Source: Azolla caroliniana (lineage: Eukaryota > Plantae > Polypodiophyta). From it: 64,000 nucleotides of DNA. The number at the start of each line of letters is the position of its first letter. Positions within the stretch are counted from its first letter, which is position 1. The stretch lies in the NCBI GenBank assembly GCA_043228905.1, contig JBHGNT010000013.1, forward strand, positions 3,782,001-3,846,000, read 5' to 3'. Positions 9,692 to 23,731 of this stretch are shown here, in pieces. A program made the translations under genes and the position numbers. The notes beneath the pieces were generated by a model that made no database searches, was not told the origin of the DNA, and saw only the letters and a list, made by a program, of their open reading frames with translations.

Positions 9692-12600
9692 TTTTTATTT
9701 GAAAATCTATTGGTATGATCCCAAGTGTGAGTTGTCAACTCTCAAGATAATTATGTAGAAGGATGTTGAATGATTTTAGTGGTTTCATACCTATGATCTT
9801 CTTAAGAATAGTTTTAAACCAATTGTGCATTGCTCTATAAGTTTATATGTGTACAATCTTTTCGAAGTGATAAAAATCTCCCAATCATATGTAATGGAAC
9901 TTCATTAATAGATCCATACATTAACTTTTATCCTCCATTATTTGATATGATCTTTTAAAGAAAAAGATACAATATTGATATTAAGAAACGCCCTCCATTA
10001 TTTAATATGATCCTTTTCCTCCAATATTAAGAAACACACTAAGGTTGTACATGAAATACATACAAAGGTATTTACCCGTGTTTTTAAACCAAGGTTAAGT
10101 TCTAACTATGGGCTTAATAATATTTTAGTCTAGAGTTAAAAAGTCCACCTTGTCCAAGAGTTGCCCATAGAAATACCTTTCTACCATATGGCAGGAAACT
10201 CTATTTGTGAAGTTATCTTTGTGCTAGAGAGTTTTTTGTGTCTCTTAAGTAGCTCTCAAATCTACTAGACAAAAGTGCAAATCTTCCTAGAAACAATGGT
10301 AACACAATGGAGGGCTTGCAAAACTAACATTAATGTTTACAAATTGAATTAATGTCACAACCACTCCACTCTTGACCATGGACAACATGTCTCTATGTCG
10401 ATTGTTCACATCAACAAAGACAACCAATAATGCACACATGGTAGTTGGTAGTGCCCATAGACAGATATTTTGTTGAATAAATATCTTTCATATTATTTGG
10501 AGGTCATAGACTAAGTCAAATCAAATTCTAAATAGAGTAGGAGTTTTAATTTATATCAATCCAATATCAAGAAGAGATAATGTTAAGTGTGCTTAAAGAT
10601 TCAATCATATGAGTACAACCACATGCATGACACACTCATGTGTTAGTATCATCAAATGTTGGTAGAATGCGTTGCAGCTCCAACAATATCTCCAATGGTT
10701 TGATAATTTAATGAAACAAACTTAGTTGTGCAAAATGAGTAGATCCATGCACAAACTTAGTAGATCCATGTATGTCTATGTTCATTTATTCTTTGGACAT
10801 TGGGGAAGTTAGAGAATGATACAGTCACTTTATTGGCATTTAAGGCTTGAATATATTTGCTTTTAATTCACCTATTTCACCTCTTTAGGGCCTCGGCTTT
10901 GATGGTTTATTAATTGAGTGAAAAAACTCAAGAAGAACGATAAGGATAACTCACAAAATATGGGAGCTGAAAATGCGAATTCACATTAATGCATGTATAA
11001 CAAGTAAAGTATTGTAACACACACGTGCATTTTATCTCAAGTACATTATAACTTGAAGTCATAGCAGATTCCTTGAGCAAAATTTCTGTTTCATACATCC
11101 AAAAAATGATTAAGCATGAACAAGACTCGAAAATGATTTTCTACCCTTTCAATTCCCAATGAAAGGCCGGGATATTTACAAGTCACAAAACTCAACACAA
11201 CAAGGCAATATAGTTAGACTTTTACAATAATCAATTAATTCCTCATATTGTAGTAACTCTGTTAGAATGTAGATCAATAAAAATGGTTATCGAATAATAA
11301 AATGTGAGCTCATTTATTAATGGGATTTCTTTGGATGGTAGTTATATTCAATCATAAGGTTAGTTGGGTTCTCGCCTAACCAAATGTCTTTTAATGAATG
11401 TGTTTTACGTCATGTAGCCTACTTGAAAATGATGGTGTTTCTTTTGCCAATATAATGATTATACCTTTTATTTGTTATCTACACAAAAAGATCTCTTTAC
11501 TGCAAACAATATATGAAATAAGGTGAAAAAGTGCCAACCCAACTCTCATTTTCTACTCATTCGTTGCTATAGAATCCATTCTTGTGGTTCTCCTCTAGGA
11601 TAAAAGTTTAGATTCTAGAACGAATAATTACACCATGAATAAAATGTGTAAAATAACATCATTAACTAATAACACTCGTGTGTCATGCCCTCATGTGCGT
11701 CCACATGCCTACAAAAACAATCGAAAGGCTCTAATAATTCAATCCAAGAGATTTATATTATGATCCGACGAGCCCTCGATTGGAAAGAAAGCCTTCTAGG
11801 GGAAATTGATGATATATCAGTCCATACGTGATAGTTACTAAGATTTAATCATTTAAAGGAATTGCAACTCGACAAAATTAATATTGCTTTTTCACTAATG
11901 TTAATAACGATCTAGCCCATGAGTTGAGGTGGTCACAACATGTCCAAATCATGATTGAAGTAAAGGAGCTAAAAGAGGTTCCGAATCAAAGAAAGGCGCA
12001 AAGAAGTTTCTCGCTCAAAAATGAGGCAATGATGGTGTAAGACATGAGGTGATAAAGCATACTATGGAAAGTTCCTTCCAAGAAATTGAGGAAATGTGGC
12101 TAGATTGTTTTTTTGTTGAGGAACATGTTCGTGACACTTGTTGATGCAACAATAAGATTTGTTTCACTTGATGTGTGAATCGAGTCTAATCAAGTAGTCA
12201 TGGACCACTAAGGGGGTATGATTTCTTGTTTAAAGTATGTGTATGTGTGTTTCTATTGTCTATCTCAACAACAATAGACAAATTCAACTCCGACTACTCA
12301 AAAGTTGGCTTTGACAATGAAACAACCATTATAACTTGGTTGGTATCATAAATCCAAGTTGGCATAATGGGCATCACACTCACATGTTTGGCCATACCAT
12401 CACCCTACTCAACACAACATTTGTAGCATATCATTCACGTAGTTAATAAAGTAGTCCTTCATTCATGTTTTGTGAGGATTGCATTTGTGTGGCGACGAAA
12501 GCAAGAATTTTGGTTCTCGTTGATCCACACGTGTAGACTTGCCTCATGTTTATAGAGTAATCACCTAGCCCCTTCAAAAAAACAAAAGTATGTCATTTTG

Positions 12601-15134
12601 CAACTTGTCGTTGATCCACATGTGCACCAACTTCTCTCAATTGTCATTGATCCATGTTTGCACCAATACGACACTCAATAGATTTTAGCACTCAATATAT
12701 AACACAGGCTAAATACATGTAAGGTCTTAAAGTTTCGTGGTGTCCTTCACACACAATTATTGGAAAAGTAATTGCTTCATAAAAGTAAAACTCATTATTC
12801 AAATGCATTTATTTTGGCATAGATTCATTATTACCTAACTGGTTTTATGGTTCCAATTTGAACCATATTACTTTACTTTCTTCATGGTGTGATAGTTAGT
12901 TATTTCGTTGGTCTTTTGTGGTTATTTCTACCGTATTAGTATTTTTACATAATGCTAGTTAGTTATTGTATTATGTAGCATATTTATTCTACTCAAAGGT
13001 AGAAGTTTTGTGTCATTACCTTACTCACCAACTTTGACCTGTTTTTGGGAAAAAAATAAACAATCTACTTGAAATGGATGGTCAAAAGATAGAGGCTTTC
13101 ATTGTGTAGTTAGAACGGTTGATAATGTAATGACATAGTGAAGTAAAGTCAAGACTCTTCTCACCTTTGCGATGTGTTCACTTTACTATTTTGCTTTACT
13201 TGAAGTCATAACGACCTGTAAGTTTTCAATGAGTAACTTCTACAAAAAAGAGAATTTGTTAACAAACTCTTCATGCTCTCCAACTCATAATACATATCAA
13301 CGATTTGAAATATACTATCCATTCAACACAAATTACTGAATAGCTTGTCAAAATGATCTACACCAAATGGATGGACAAACGATACTTATCATAAATGCTT
13401 CTTGTTGTAGCTTAAAACTTGATCAAAATTGTCATTTGTTTAATACATGGATTTCTTTGGCAATCGTTTAATGTAGCAAGAAGCCATGACAAATGAACCA
13501 CCTCTTCTTGGACTTGGAATTTGCACCGGTTTATGAATTTCAATACCTTGGTTATAGGTTCTTTCAAATATATTTATATTATGCATTAGATGTTATAATT
13601 GTTATTCACTACTTGTACAAAAGAAAACATGATTTATTTATTTTCTTGTCAAAGAAACTCAATTGCCCATGAGGACGATATACCCCTTTAATCATTTACT
13701 TCTATATGCAACCTCATTTATTGTGCCTTGAAGGCATCTTAATGTTTCAACAGGCGTCCTACTTGATAACCTTCCTATTTTGAACCTATCTGATGGTCGC
13801 ATCATAATCGACATTTCACCTAATGCAATATCCTTTAATCAACATTGTATGACCTAGATCTAGTAATGATATGACCAGCATCACATTGTGATGGACACTT
13901 AAAAAACAACATACAAATAACTCCATATTGAATTGTGTGATGCGAACTTCTTTTGGAGAAGTATGTAACTTCTTCTTCTTCTTTCCAAAAAAAACACTAC
14001 TTCGCATTAGTTAGCAAACAAAGTACATCAAAGGCTGACAAATTTCGGCAAAACTCACTCTGGTCTCTCACCAAAGTGGTCAACTTTATCCAAATCACTT
14101 TCAATTGTATTTAACATTTGAAGGATCCAAAAGGTATCGCTAGGTAAACAAAAAACAAAATGTTCAGTTGATCACCTTCAACTTTTTTATTGTTATGATT
14201 TTGAAATTACACTTTGTTTGCGAATTTAAAAAATGAGATGTGCAAATATGTAATGTACATGCTATTGATTTCATGATGAATTTGAAGAAAACAACTCAAT
14301 ATAATGGTACAACTAGGTTCAATCAACCATGTTGTAAAAAAGTGCATCAATCTTTGTTTGTATTTGAGACGATGATGATAAGATTTGAACTCTATCCAAA
14401 AAGGAACAAAAATGTCTTGACCAACATAGTTGAGCTAACTAAATTAGAGTTTGGGAAAGTATGGTTGCAACTTGCATTTAGCGAATGAGAGGTGGTTGTA
14501 TTGGTATACAAATTTAAACACATATCACGTAAACAAAGACTTAAGCTATGTATAAACTTAGCTAGGAGATTGTGGACTTTTCAAGTTCAATGACATTTTG
14601 ACAACCACACTCCCTGAATCCAACACTATATTTCTTGTAGCTCTTCCACTATACGAAACGATAACATGCTAGGCTGTCACCATTAATTTTCATGATTTTC
14701 ATATCCAAGGACCATAGATCAAATTGAAAACAATATAAGATCATTTTTGAACATTTACCCATGAAAACAATGATAACTGAGATTTGGGAACCATGAATAT
14801 TAATGTCCTCTCACTAGGCCTTCAATAATGTTGTATATCACATGTTTCTATTGAAAAATGGTCCTCTTTGTAAAAGTTGAGATATATATATATAGGTAAA
14901 CATGAGCCGATAATGCTTCATATCTAGGATTCAAACAAATATCCTACATATGGATGGGTTATGACCCTATCACTTGACACATAAGTCAAGTTGATGTATA
15001 AGTATGTACTTTAGTAGAGATAGAGAACACAATACGTTTCTTATTATCTCTACATGAATGTTAGTTGATGTTCCCAATCATTGTCAATAATAATTGATTT
15101 AATTAATTGTTTCTCTCTCTCTACAAATTTTTGT

Positions 15135-15775
15135 GTTCCAGTTGGATGCAAGATATAGAAAAATGGTTTGGTAGATGGGATGCGAGACACTTGCTTCATG
15201 ATGCATCATTAGATTCCTGTGTAAATGAGGCCTTTTTGCAATGCCAATGTATCATGACATGGGACAAATGTGGAGGCTCGCGCTTCACACATTATACTAC
15301 ACATGTTGCACCTAACTACAAAACTATATTCTTTGCGGAATGGGGAAATCGTACACATCGATACATGTTAGAGTCCATACCGTTATCTGTCATTCGAACC
15401 ATTGCTTCCATGCGACTTAGCTCACATGTATTGCAATGTGAAATAGGGCGTTGGGGGACAAGTGATGAGAGTGGTCGGCTATGCACACTTTGCCCTAAAC
15501 AAGTTTGCGAGTTTGAGTATCACACTTTGATACAATGCTTTGCCTTTGATCATTTTCGACCATGCTTTCCACATCTCTTCGACCGAGCCCAATCTTTGCA
15601 TGAATTCCTCTCACAACCACAATGTGCACTCTCGATTGCAACATTCATTGGTAAAGTTCTTGAACATCGAGAGTCACTACTCGCTTTCACACATATCATG
15701 TGAAATATAATATTTTTGGTCTCATAGGTCATATTTGACCTCTGAAGACGATAATATAATCTATCTATCTATCTA

Positions 15776-15780
<5 letters not shown>
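15135..15780 (+). mobile_element. 5'-truncated non-LTR retrotransposon 3' end (RTE-X/CR1-group-like ORF2 C-terminal zinc finger plus (ATCT)n tail)
   Basis: ORF 15107-15703 has RLSSHVLQCEIGRW..RLCTLC..EFEYHTLIQC, followed by a short 3' UTR and (ATCT)n microsatellite tail. Confidence 0.75.
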
Positions 15781-15810
<30 letters not shown>

Positions 15811-15909
15811 ATCACAAATCTGCAACTGAGCATGCTCATTCCCCTTGTCACTATTTGATGGAGAAGCATTAAATAGGTGAAGCCTGTGAATCTAGGGCTT
15901 GGATAGCCC

Positions 15910-16075
15910 CTCATTCCTCTCACAATCGCAATGTGCACACTTGACTACAATGTTTAGTAAAATTCTTGAACATTGTGAGTCAATTCTCAATTGCACACAT
16001 ATTATGCAAACACGGTCCACTTTTGGACTCATAGACCATATTTGACATCCGAAAGACAATAATAAAAATCTATTT
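15910..16075 (+). mobile_element. Second, shorter and more decayed copy of the same LINE 3' end
   Basis: TTCCTCTCACAAtCgCAATGTGCAC..TTCTTGAACAT..CTCATAG..CATATTTGAC..GAAAGAC..AATCTAT parallels 15604-15765. Confidence 0.7.
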
Positions 16076-16490
16076 GTGTGCGTGTAGGTGTGAAAACGCA
16101 CAAATATATTAATTGCATGTGAAAAATGAGAAACATTACCTCGATCTATGGTTTTAGGTTAGTTTGTGTAAATTGCACAAATACTCATTGTCTTGGTGTC
16201 AAGACTCAAGTAACAACATGACAAAATCTACTACATCCCAAGTCTTATAGGAAGAATAAGAATATTTATTTATTTGAAATAGTGTGTACTATGGACTATC
16301 TATCTTCCATCTAAACCATGCAAAAGAAAATGCAATTACCTATTACTAGTCGATATTGCAAGTGTCAAGTGACTAAAGTAAAAACCAAACTAGCTTAAGA
16401 AAGGGGAAAGTAAAGATTGCTGATTTCGGCTTAATTCGAATATGTGGTAATAAGATGTTACAGATAATCAGAATTGCTTCTGAATGTGAG

Positions 16491-17075
16491 AGCTTACAGT
16501 GCAACTGTGGACATTTGGTTGGCTGCATACCCTTTTTCCTGCCAAAGATTGTGTACATCAGTTCAGCTCAATCACAGAGTTGATGGGTACTCCAACAGAT
16601 GTTGAATTATCATAGTTTTATGCAGGCATTTTGAAAGCTTACAGTGCAACTACGGACATTTGGTTGGCTGCATCCCCTTTTTCCTGCCAAAGATTGTGTA
16701 CATTAGTTCAGCTCAATCACAGAGTCGATGGGTACTCCAACAGATGCTGAATTATCATAGTTTTCTGTAGGCATTTTGAAAGCTTACAGTGCAACTGTGG
16801 ACATTTGGTTGGCTGCATCCCCTTTTTCCTGCCAAAGATTGTGTACATCAGTTCAACTCAATCACAGAGTTGATGGGTACTCCAACTGATGCTGAATTAT
16901 CATAGTTTTCTATAGGCATTTTGAAAGCTTACAGTGCAACTGTGGACATTTGGTTGGCTGCATCCCCTTTTTCCTGCCAAAGATTGTGTACATCAGTTCA
17001 GCTCAATCACAGAGTTGATGGGTACTCCAACAGATGTTGAATTATCATAGTTTTCTGCAGGCATTTTGAAAGCTT
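16491..17075. repeat. 145-bp tandem repeat, 4 copies
   Basis: AGCTT unit boundaries at 16491, 16636, 16781, 16926 and 17071; copies differ by few substitutions. Confidence 0.95.
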
Positions 17076-17460
17076 GTGGGTGCATTAGATCCACAAACAA
17101 GGGCGAGGAGATACATTTCAATTCTGAGAGGAAAGAGCTTTTCTGAAAAAGCCAACTTGTTGGAAATGCACTAGTAGATATGATGTGAAATGTGGCATGA
17201 GCAAAAGGCAGTGCTTGACATGGAATACACTGACATGGAATACATTGTTTACAGGTTATGTGCACTAGGAGCTTGAAGAGCAGACTCTTAATGCTTTTGA
17301 GTGGATGCAAAAGAAGAGAATCTCTCTCCTAATTCTGTCACATTTGCAGGGTATGGCCAGATGAGAAGAAATGGAGTTTTAGCAAATCCGGTTGGAAAGC
17401 TTATAGTCATACAACCATGGTAGATAAAGGTCAAACATATTGTGAAGCCATGGTGATGAG
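17050..17460 (+). pseudogene. PLS-class PPR protein pseudogene fragment
   Basis: Frameshifted pieces GILKACGCIRSTNKGEEIH, VGNALVDM..KCG, CFEWMQ..SPNSVTF and VDKGQTYCEAM match PLS/E-type PPR motifs. Confidence 0.7.
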
Positions 17461-17841
17461 CATTTATTTGTATGTTGATCAACATGTGAGAATGGAAGAA
17501 GATGGAGGAACATTGGGTCTTAGCCAATGATCACATGAGATGGGAAGAAGAGTCATGTATGTGTGTTCACCGTTCTTTGTAGTCTTCTACTTTGAGTCTT
17601 TGAGTTTTTTATTGGCCTATCATGGCCACAACTTTTACGATGTTGTCAGACTAATCATTTTCTCATGTATGAAGAATTTATACTAATGAAGAATATTGTT
17701 TTGGAAAAAAATAAGGAAAAGGAATATTGTTATAGAAAAAAAGAATGAGATTTACAAGATTATGTTGAAAACTAGCATTTGACTCTTTGAGCTTGACAAT
17801 ATTGAGATATTCCTAGAGTAAAATACTCATGGTTTTTTGCT

Positions 17842-18534
17842 TAGCAATGGGCCCGATTCGATTTCAATTCGGTTTGGTTTTTTGGCCTTGAAACCAAACC
17901 AAACCATTTATTTATAATAAAAACCAACCAAAACTGCTTAAAATTTATGAAGCCATTTAAACCAAACCGTTTACGGAAAATGTAAAACCAAATCAAACCA
18001 TTTTTTAGAGATATTGATTATCATACATATTATGAATTTGTGTGAGAAAATTATCATGAATTTGGTCATCATACTTATCATAAATTTAGTTATCATACTT
18101 ATTATAAATTTGGTCATTATACTTATCATAAATTTGGTCATCATACATATCATAAATTTGGTCATCATACTTATCATACATTTGACAATCATACATCAAA
18201 AGGAGACTCTACTTATAATAATGCATATAAAATTTAATAAGTTAGAGCCTAGAGGTATAAAATTAAAAGTTCAAAATTAGAGCCTAGAGGTGAAAATTTA
18301 AGAATATTTTTTAACCTATAAACCTTTAAACCGAAACCGATAAATCGCTAAACCATAAAATTCAAAATCGAACCAAACCTAAACCGATAACCGCTAAACC
18401 ATGAAATTCAAAACCAAACCGGATCATAACATTTGAAACAAAACCAAACGGTTTATTTATCTTTGAACCAATAAACCGTTAAGCCACGGTTTAATGGTTT
18501 GGTTTGGTTCAAGCCGAAACCATGCCCATTGCTA
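17842..18534. mobile_element. Non-autonomous hAT-like MITE (693 bp)
   Basis: Perfect 11-bp TIR TAGCAATGGGC/GCCCATTGCTA and many subterminal AAACCG/AAACCA motifs. The putative 8-bp TSD is decayed (TTTTTGCT vs CTTCTGTC). Confidence 0.8.
18050..18195. repeat. 24-bp minisatellite inside the MITE (~6 copies)
   Basis: Unit ATCATAAATTTGGTCATCATACTT. Confidence 0.85.
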
Positions 18535-19278
18535 CTTCTGTCTAGCTTAACACTTGGCTACCGTGTATGCTTTCAAATGGATAATCATGCATACTTATCA
18601 CATAATGTGCTACAATAACGATAATGTAAAATGTCACAATAATGGGAATACATATGATATTAAATATAAATATCCATTGTATTCACAAATTGACACATAC
18701 GTGACATTCGCCATTCGTAATATTCGAGAATAAAAAATAACCCCAAAAAGATTATAAAGCCATTCGTTTTAAATTTACATATTAAAAATTATTTAATTCA
18801 CTAAAGAAAGAATTAATTCACCAAAACATTAATCAGTTCATTAAACCATTAATTAATTCACTAATAATTAATTAATTAGGGTTTCAATTCAAATTAGGGT
18901 TTTGACTAAAATTAATTAATTAGGGGGGATAATGTCAAGATTCGAACTCTTGACATGACCATGTTATAATCAAGTATTATGGGTTAACCAACATATCTAA
19001 TATACAATTATGTATATAATTGGTCCTTGTTGTTTTAGCTAGCATCATTTGCATAGTTGCTCCCTTGTAGTATTTACACTTGGCACATGCATGCATACCT
19101 ACATGCTCGATTGCAGATTCACATGCATGCAACAAGTATGCATGCTGTGTAGTATAAATAATTGAGTTCACCTTGAAGGAATTCAAGGTGAACAACACTA
19201 GTTACAGAGTCTTTTGGTTAATACTATTCATCCATTTGGTTACCTTCTTTCTTTTCTCTTGAGCTTATGATCTATCCA

Positions 19279-19961
19279 TGACAGAACAGAGAAAATAGAC
19301 TGAAAACATAGCACAAAAAACGAAATACATAGTACACACTCGTTTACGTGGAGAACCTATAATAGGGAAAACCACGGGCACCAGATTTTCATTATATATC
19401 AAGAAAACAAGAGGGGAAAACATATATACAAGACTCTCCAGAATAGAGTATCCACCACTTAGGGTTTTGATGGCAAATATCTCTAACTATGCCTACACTC
19501 ACTCTCACTCTTGTCTCCTTCCTACTCTCTCTATATACACAATATCTATCTGCTCAATGTTCTACACCTTCACATAAATAAAGTTTGCCCTAGCTCCACA
19601 TTTTTATAGAAGGAATAAGTTATTATTATTATATAATAATAGCAACAGTTAATTGACCGACTGGTCGACTCGATTGTCTGACCCACAAGTCGACAATCTA
19701 GCCGATTCAACTAGTTGACACCTATGTTGGCTATCTAGTTGGTCTGACTAGCGAACTTTGTCATCGACCATCCGGTCGGCCTATCCCTCACTTGGTTTAT
19801 CCAACCAATAGCCAAATCAATTGATCCCCAAATCGTCTCTCTCTTTGGTCGATCTGATCAAGTCGACTCGCTAGTTGATCCGACCGACCAACCTGATTTC
19901 GACTGCCAATTCTCCCACTCGACAATCGACTTTTCCCATTAGGAGGGACTGAATCCTAACA
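19279..19961 (-). repeat. Copia 3' LTR (683 bp)
   Basis: TG/CA termini, adjacent PPT; TTTACGTGGA..AAAACCACGG motif shared with the LTRs at 56787 and 61606. Confidence 0.82.
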
Positions 19962-21760
19962 AAATCCCCCTTCACTCCTTTAGGGAGAATCAGCCAATCC
20001 TGTCTTATGTCGACAAGCTCCGAGTCTATCCATAGGTAGGATTTTTGTGAGCATTTTGGATCCATTATCATCAGTATGGATCTTCACAAGGGTAAACTCT
20101 TCCTCATCCACTTTCTCTCGTAACCAATGATACCTTCTTTGTATATGCTTGGTCTGAGACTGGTAAGCAACGTTCTTGGCTAAATGTATGACACTCTAAT
20201 TATCACAGTAGAGTAGGAATTTTTCTTTTTTCATTCCTAATTCACTGAGAAAATTCTTCATCCATATAAGGTTCTGATTAGCCTCTACTGTTGCCATATA
20301 TTCTGGCTCTGTGGTCAACAAAACCACAACCTTTTGCAATCTCGACTGCCATGACACTACTCTCCATGCATAGGTCATCATATAACCTGATGTGGATCGA
20401 CTGGAGTCTACATCCCCCGACATGTCTGAGTCAGTAAAACCTCCGAGCATAGGTTTTTCGAGACCATACCTAAGGCATACCCTTGAGGTGACTTTCAAGT
20501 ACCTAAGTATCCATTTTACTGTTGCCCAGTGTTCTCTTCCTGGATTACTCATATATCGGCTTACTATTGTGACCGCAAATGCTATGTTTGATCTCGTACA
20601 AACCATAGCATACATTAGGCTTCCAACAATCTAGGCATATGACACTTTCTTCATCTTAGCCTTGCCCTTTTCACTTTTCGAACATTGCCTAGCATTCAAC
20701 TTGCAGTTTGCTGGCAATGCAAACCCTAATGGTTTTTCTTAAGACATGTTAAATCTTTCCAAAACTTTTGTCACATACTTCTCTTGTGACAACCATAGCA
20801 CGTTCTGAGTTCTGTTTGGAACTATGAGCATCCCCAAGATTTGCTTGGCCAGTCCAAGATCCTTCATGGAAAACGACTTTCTTAGTACTTTCTTCAAGCT
20901 CAAAATTTTCTTAACATCTTGTTCGACCACTAACATGTCATCCACATATAGCAAGAGAATCAAGAAGTCACCTTCATTCTACCTTTTGACAAACACACAG
21001 TGATCAACTTGTGTTTTATGGAATACATGTTCCAACATGAAGGATTCGAACGTCTTATACCATTGGCGTGGAGCTTGCTTCAGGCCATACAAGATCTTCC
21101 TTAGTCGACAAACCATATTCTCTTTTCCTTTCTCCACAAAACCTTCGGGTTTGTTGCATATAAATTTCTTCATCTAATTCTCCATGTAGGAATGGCGCTT
21201 TTACATCCAATTGCTCTATTTTTAGATTCATATTGGCATTCATACTTAACACTATTTGAATGGATTTTTTCTTTACGACTGTTGCAACTTCTACTGTTTC
21301 CAGTCTTCAATTGATTTTGTCTTTCAAGAACACAATGTCCCGACTCCTCACCACTTTCTTGTCGAGAAGATCCCATAGCCTATAGCCGAATTCATCCTCC
21401 GAATACCCCAGAAATATACATGGTTTCGACCTCTGATCCTTAACAACATGCATATACGACAAACATCCGAACACCTTCAAGTGTTGATAAGACACATCTT
21501 TTTTTGTCCATACCCGTTGTGGGACATCACCTTTCAGGGGCATTGAGGGAGACATGTTAATCAGATAGACCGCTATCAACATAACTTCAACCCAATATGA
21601 CTTTGGAAGCTTTGCATGTGACATCATGCTCCTCACTCTTTCCATTATTGTTTGATTCATCCTCTTTGCAAGACCATTCAGTTCAGGGGTCTTAGGCACC
21701 GTATATTCGAGTCTTATGCCTTGTGTCTTGCAATACTCCTCGAATTGTCCTCTGAACCAA
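19279..21760 (-). mobile_element. 5'-truncated Ty1/copia (Tnt1/Tork-like): partial integrase-RT-RNase H plus 3' LTR
   Basis: TPELNGLAKRMN, LYGLKQAPRQWY, LLYVDDML, VSWQSRLQKVV. PPT AGTGAAGGGGGATTT, then 3' LTR 19961->19279 (TGTTAGG...TGTCA). Internal deletion between integrase and RT. Confidence 0.9.
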
Positions 21761-21769
21761 GCCACTCAA

Positions 21770-22700
21770 CGTATTGCATCATGGTGCTCACTCCTTTAGA
21801 CCATATGTGTGGGCCATCAAGGATTACATATGGATGATTTAAACATGTGTGTTGATGCATCTCAATCTACGTTTGACATTCAATCATGGATTATCCTAAG
21901 CAAACTGCTTGGGTTTCATTGGCTATGAAGGTTTTGGAATCGCATGTTTGGACGTGGTTGCATGGGAATGATCCAGGTTTTACCTTCGAATTGGCTCAAC
22001 ATTAACAAAAATGCAGTCGGTTAGATATAGTTGAGGCTCCATCTGAAAGAATTTTGGAGTTTATTGAAGTGCGCCAATTATTACGCATCCCATCTAATTA
22101 TGGGTTTATCTGGCAACAACTACAAAGTATTGCATTAATACAACGTCCTTAACCTTTATAAACAGAAGAACAATTGTGAATGGGTTGGTGTTTATGGGGT
22201 TGGGCGCCGCCGTTTACAAGTGACTACTAATCTTTTGTATTATTGCTTCGTTGAGTCTCTTGGATGACTATCATCTAAAGTTGAAGAAGAATGGAAAATA
22301 CATAACTCTCATCAAGGGGTGGTGGTAGATCTTAAAACATAGTTGGCATTCCGAATTGCCAGTTGTAGCAAAGGTCTTCCTTTGGAGAGTTTTGATTGGG
22401 GGATTGACTTTGGGATTAGCTCTAAAGCGTTGTGGACTAGCAATGAGCAAGTGCAAAACGTTCAAATGGAAGATAATACTCATCGTTTTATATAATGTCC
22501 GATTGCTTGTGAGATTCGGAGTTACATTTCTCAAATCTGGCAAGTTTTTTATCACACCGTTATTTAACTCTTAGACAGTGGGTGGTTTGCACAATTTATA
22601 TAGCTTGACCCATAATCAGAGATGGAGATCGTTTTTCCTATTTCCGAGGGATTGGGGATTGAGTCACGATTGAGATAGGTGCAATGCTTTTGTAAATTGA
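21770..22700 (+). mobile_element. Decayed L1 LINE ORF2 C-terminal (zf-RVT) remnant
   Basis: WHSELPVVAKVFLWRVLIGGLTLGLALKRCG..KCKTF matches the plant L1 zf-RVT pattern. Boundaries approximate. Confidence 0.65.
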
Positions 22701-22964
22701 TGGTAGGCACGGAGTGAAAACATATATCTATGGAAGTTGATGGGAGGTACTATAATGTGGCGAATTTTCTTTATTGGAGCAAGTGGGAATTCTTTCTTTT
22801 TTCCTCACCGGAGTCTTCAGGTCTTTGCCTATTCCGCAATAATTCAAAGATCTTCCACACTACCCATAATATGTATCTATCTACATATCTAGTTAATGGG
22901 TGTAGTGGGTGAAAAAAAAGAAAGAAAAAGTTTTATTAATATAATTCAAAAATAATAAGAGATT

Positions 22965-23371
22965 GAGAAGAGAGAGAGAGAGAGAGAGAGAGAGTGTGTG
23001 TTTTGAAAAGAAGAAGAATGAAGAATGAATAGAATGAAGAAGAATGAAGAATGAAGAAGAATGAAGAATGAAGAAGAATGAAGGTGCAGGAAGAGAAAGA
23101 GCTGCTTATATATATAAAGAGAAAGAGCTTCTCCTTCTCCTTCTCCTTCTTCTTCTCCTTCTTCTTCTTCATCACCATCATCATCTATGATCAGCACTTC
23201 TCCATTCATCCATTTCTCTTGCTCTCTGATCTTCTCTCTGCTCTGTGCTCTCCATTGATCTCTATATATCTCTATATATCTAATCTATATACATACATAT
23301 ATCCATACGCAAGTAACAGAGAAGGAGGAGTCATTCGATCGAAGAAGAAGAAGAAGAAGAAGAAGAAGAAG
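22965..23371. repeat. Microsatellite cluster in promoter/5' UTR: (GA)n, GAAGAAT repeats, (CTT)n, (GAA)10
   Basis: Directly visible; (GAA)10 at 23341-23370 ends 13 nt before the ATG. Confidence 0.9.
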
Positions 23372-23383
23372 GCTTAAGAATCC

Positions 23384-23731
23384 ATGGAGCCCCTCCCCCT
23401 GATCTTCTGCTCTTTCTCCATATTCACACTGGTCCTGTTCTTCACTGTCAAGATCTTCTCCAAGCTCATCCACGATCATCCGTCTGCTTCCTCTGAATCC
23501 CTCTCTTCTTGGCTATGTAGCTGCTTTCCCTCTCAGCACCTGCCTTCTCTGCAGGGGAAGCATGTCTTCATCACCGGTGCATCCAGTGGCATTGGGCTCG
23601 CCATTGCCAAATCCTCCATCCAGCAAGGCGCATTCGTCACCATGGTAGCTCGTCGCCTGCATAAACTCCAAGAAGCCTCCAAGAAACTTGTGGAAGACAC
23701 ACAATGCGGACGGGATCGCATCCATATTCAG
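23384..23731 (+). CDS. SDR gene exon 1
   Basis: ATG 23384; TGxxxGxG motif; donor CAG|GT at 23731/23732. Confidence 0.85.

Noticed and set aside
11500-14500. Possible heavily decayed DNA-transposon coding sequence on the minus strand
   Set aside because: Only vague Cys/aromatic-rich peptide fragments; no diagnostic motif, TIR or ORF could be confirmed by eye.
17971-18280. Ile/Met-rich repetitive ORFs
   Set aside because: Translations of the 24-bp minisatellite inside the MITE.
22936-23479. Short ORFs upstream of the SDR gene, including a possible uORF at 23078-23377
   Set aside because: Low-complexity translations of GAA/CTT/GA microsatellites.
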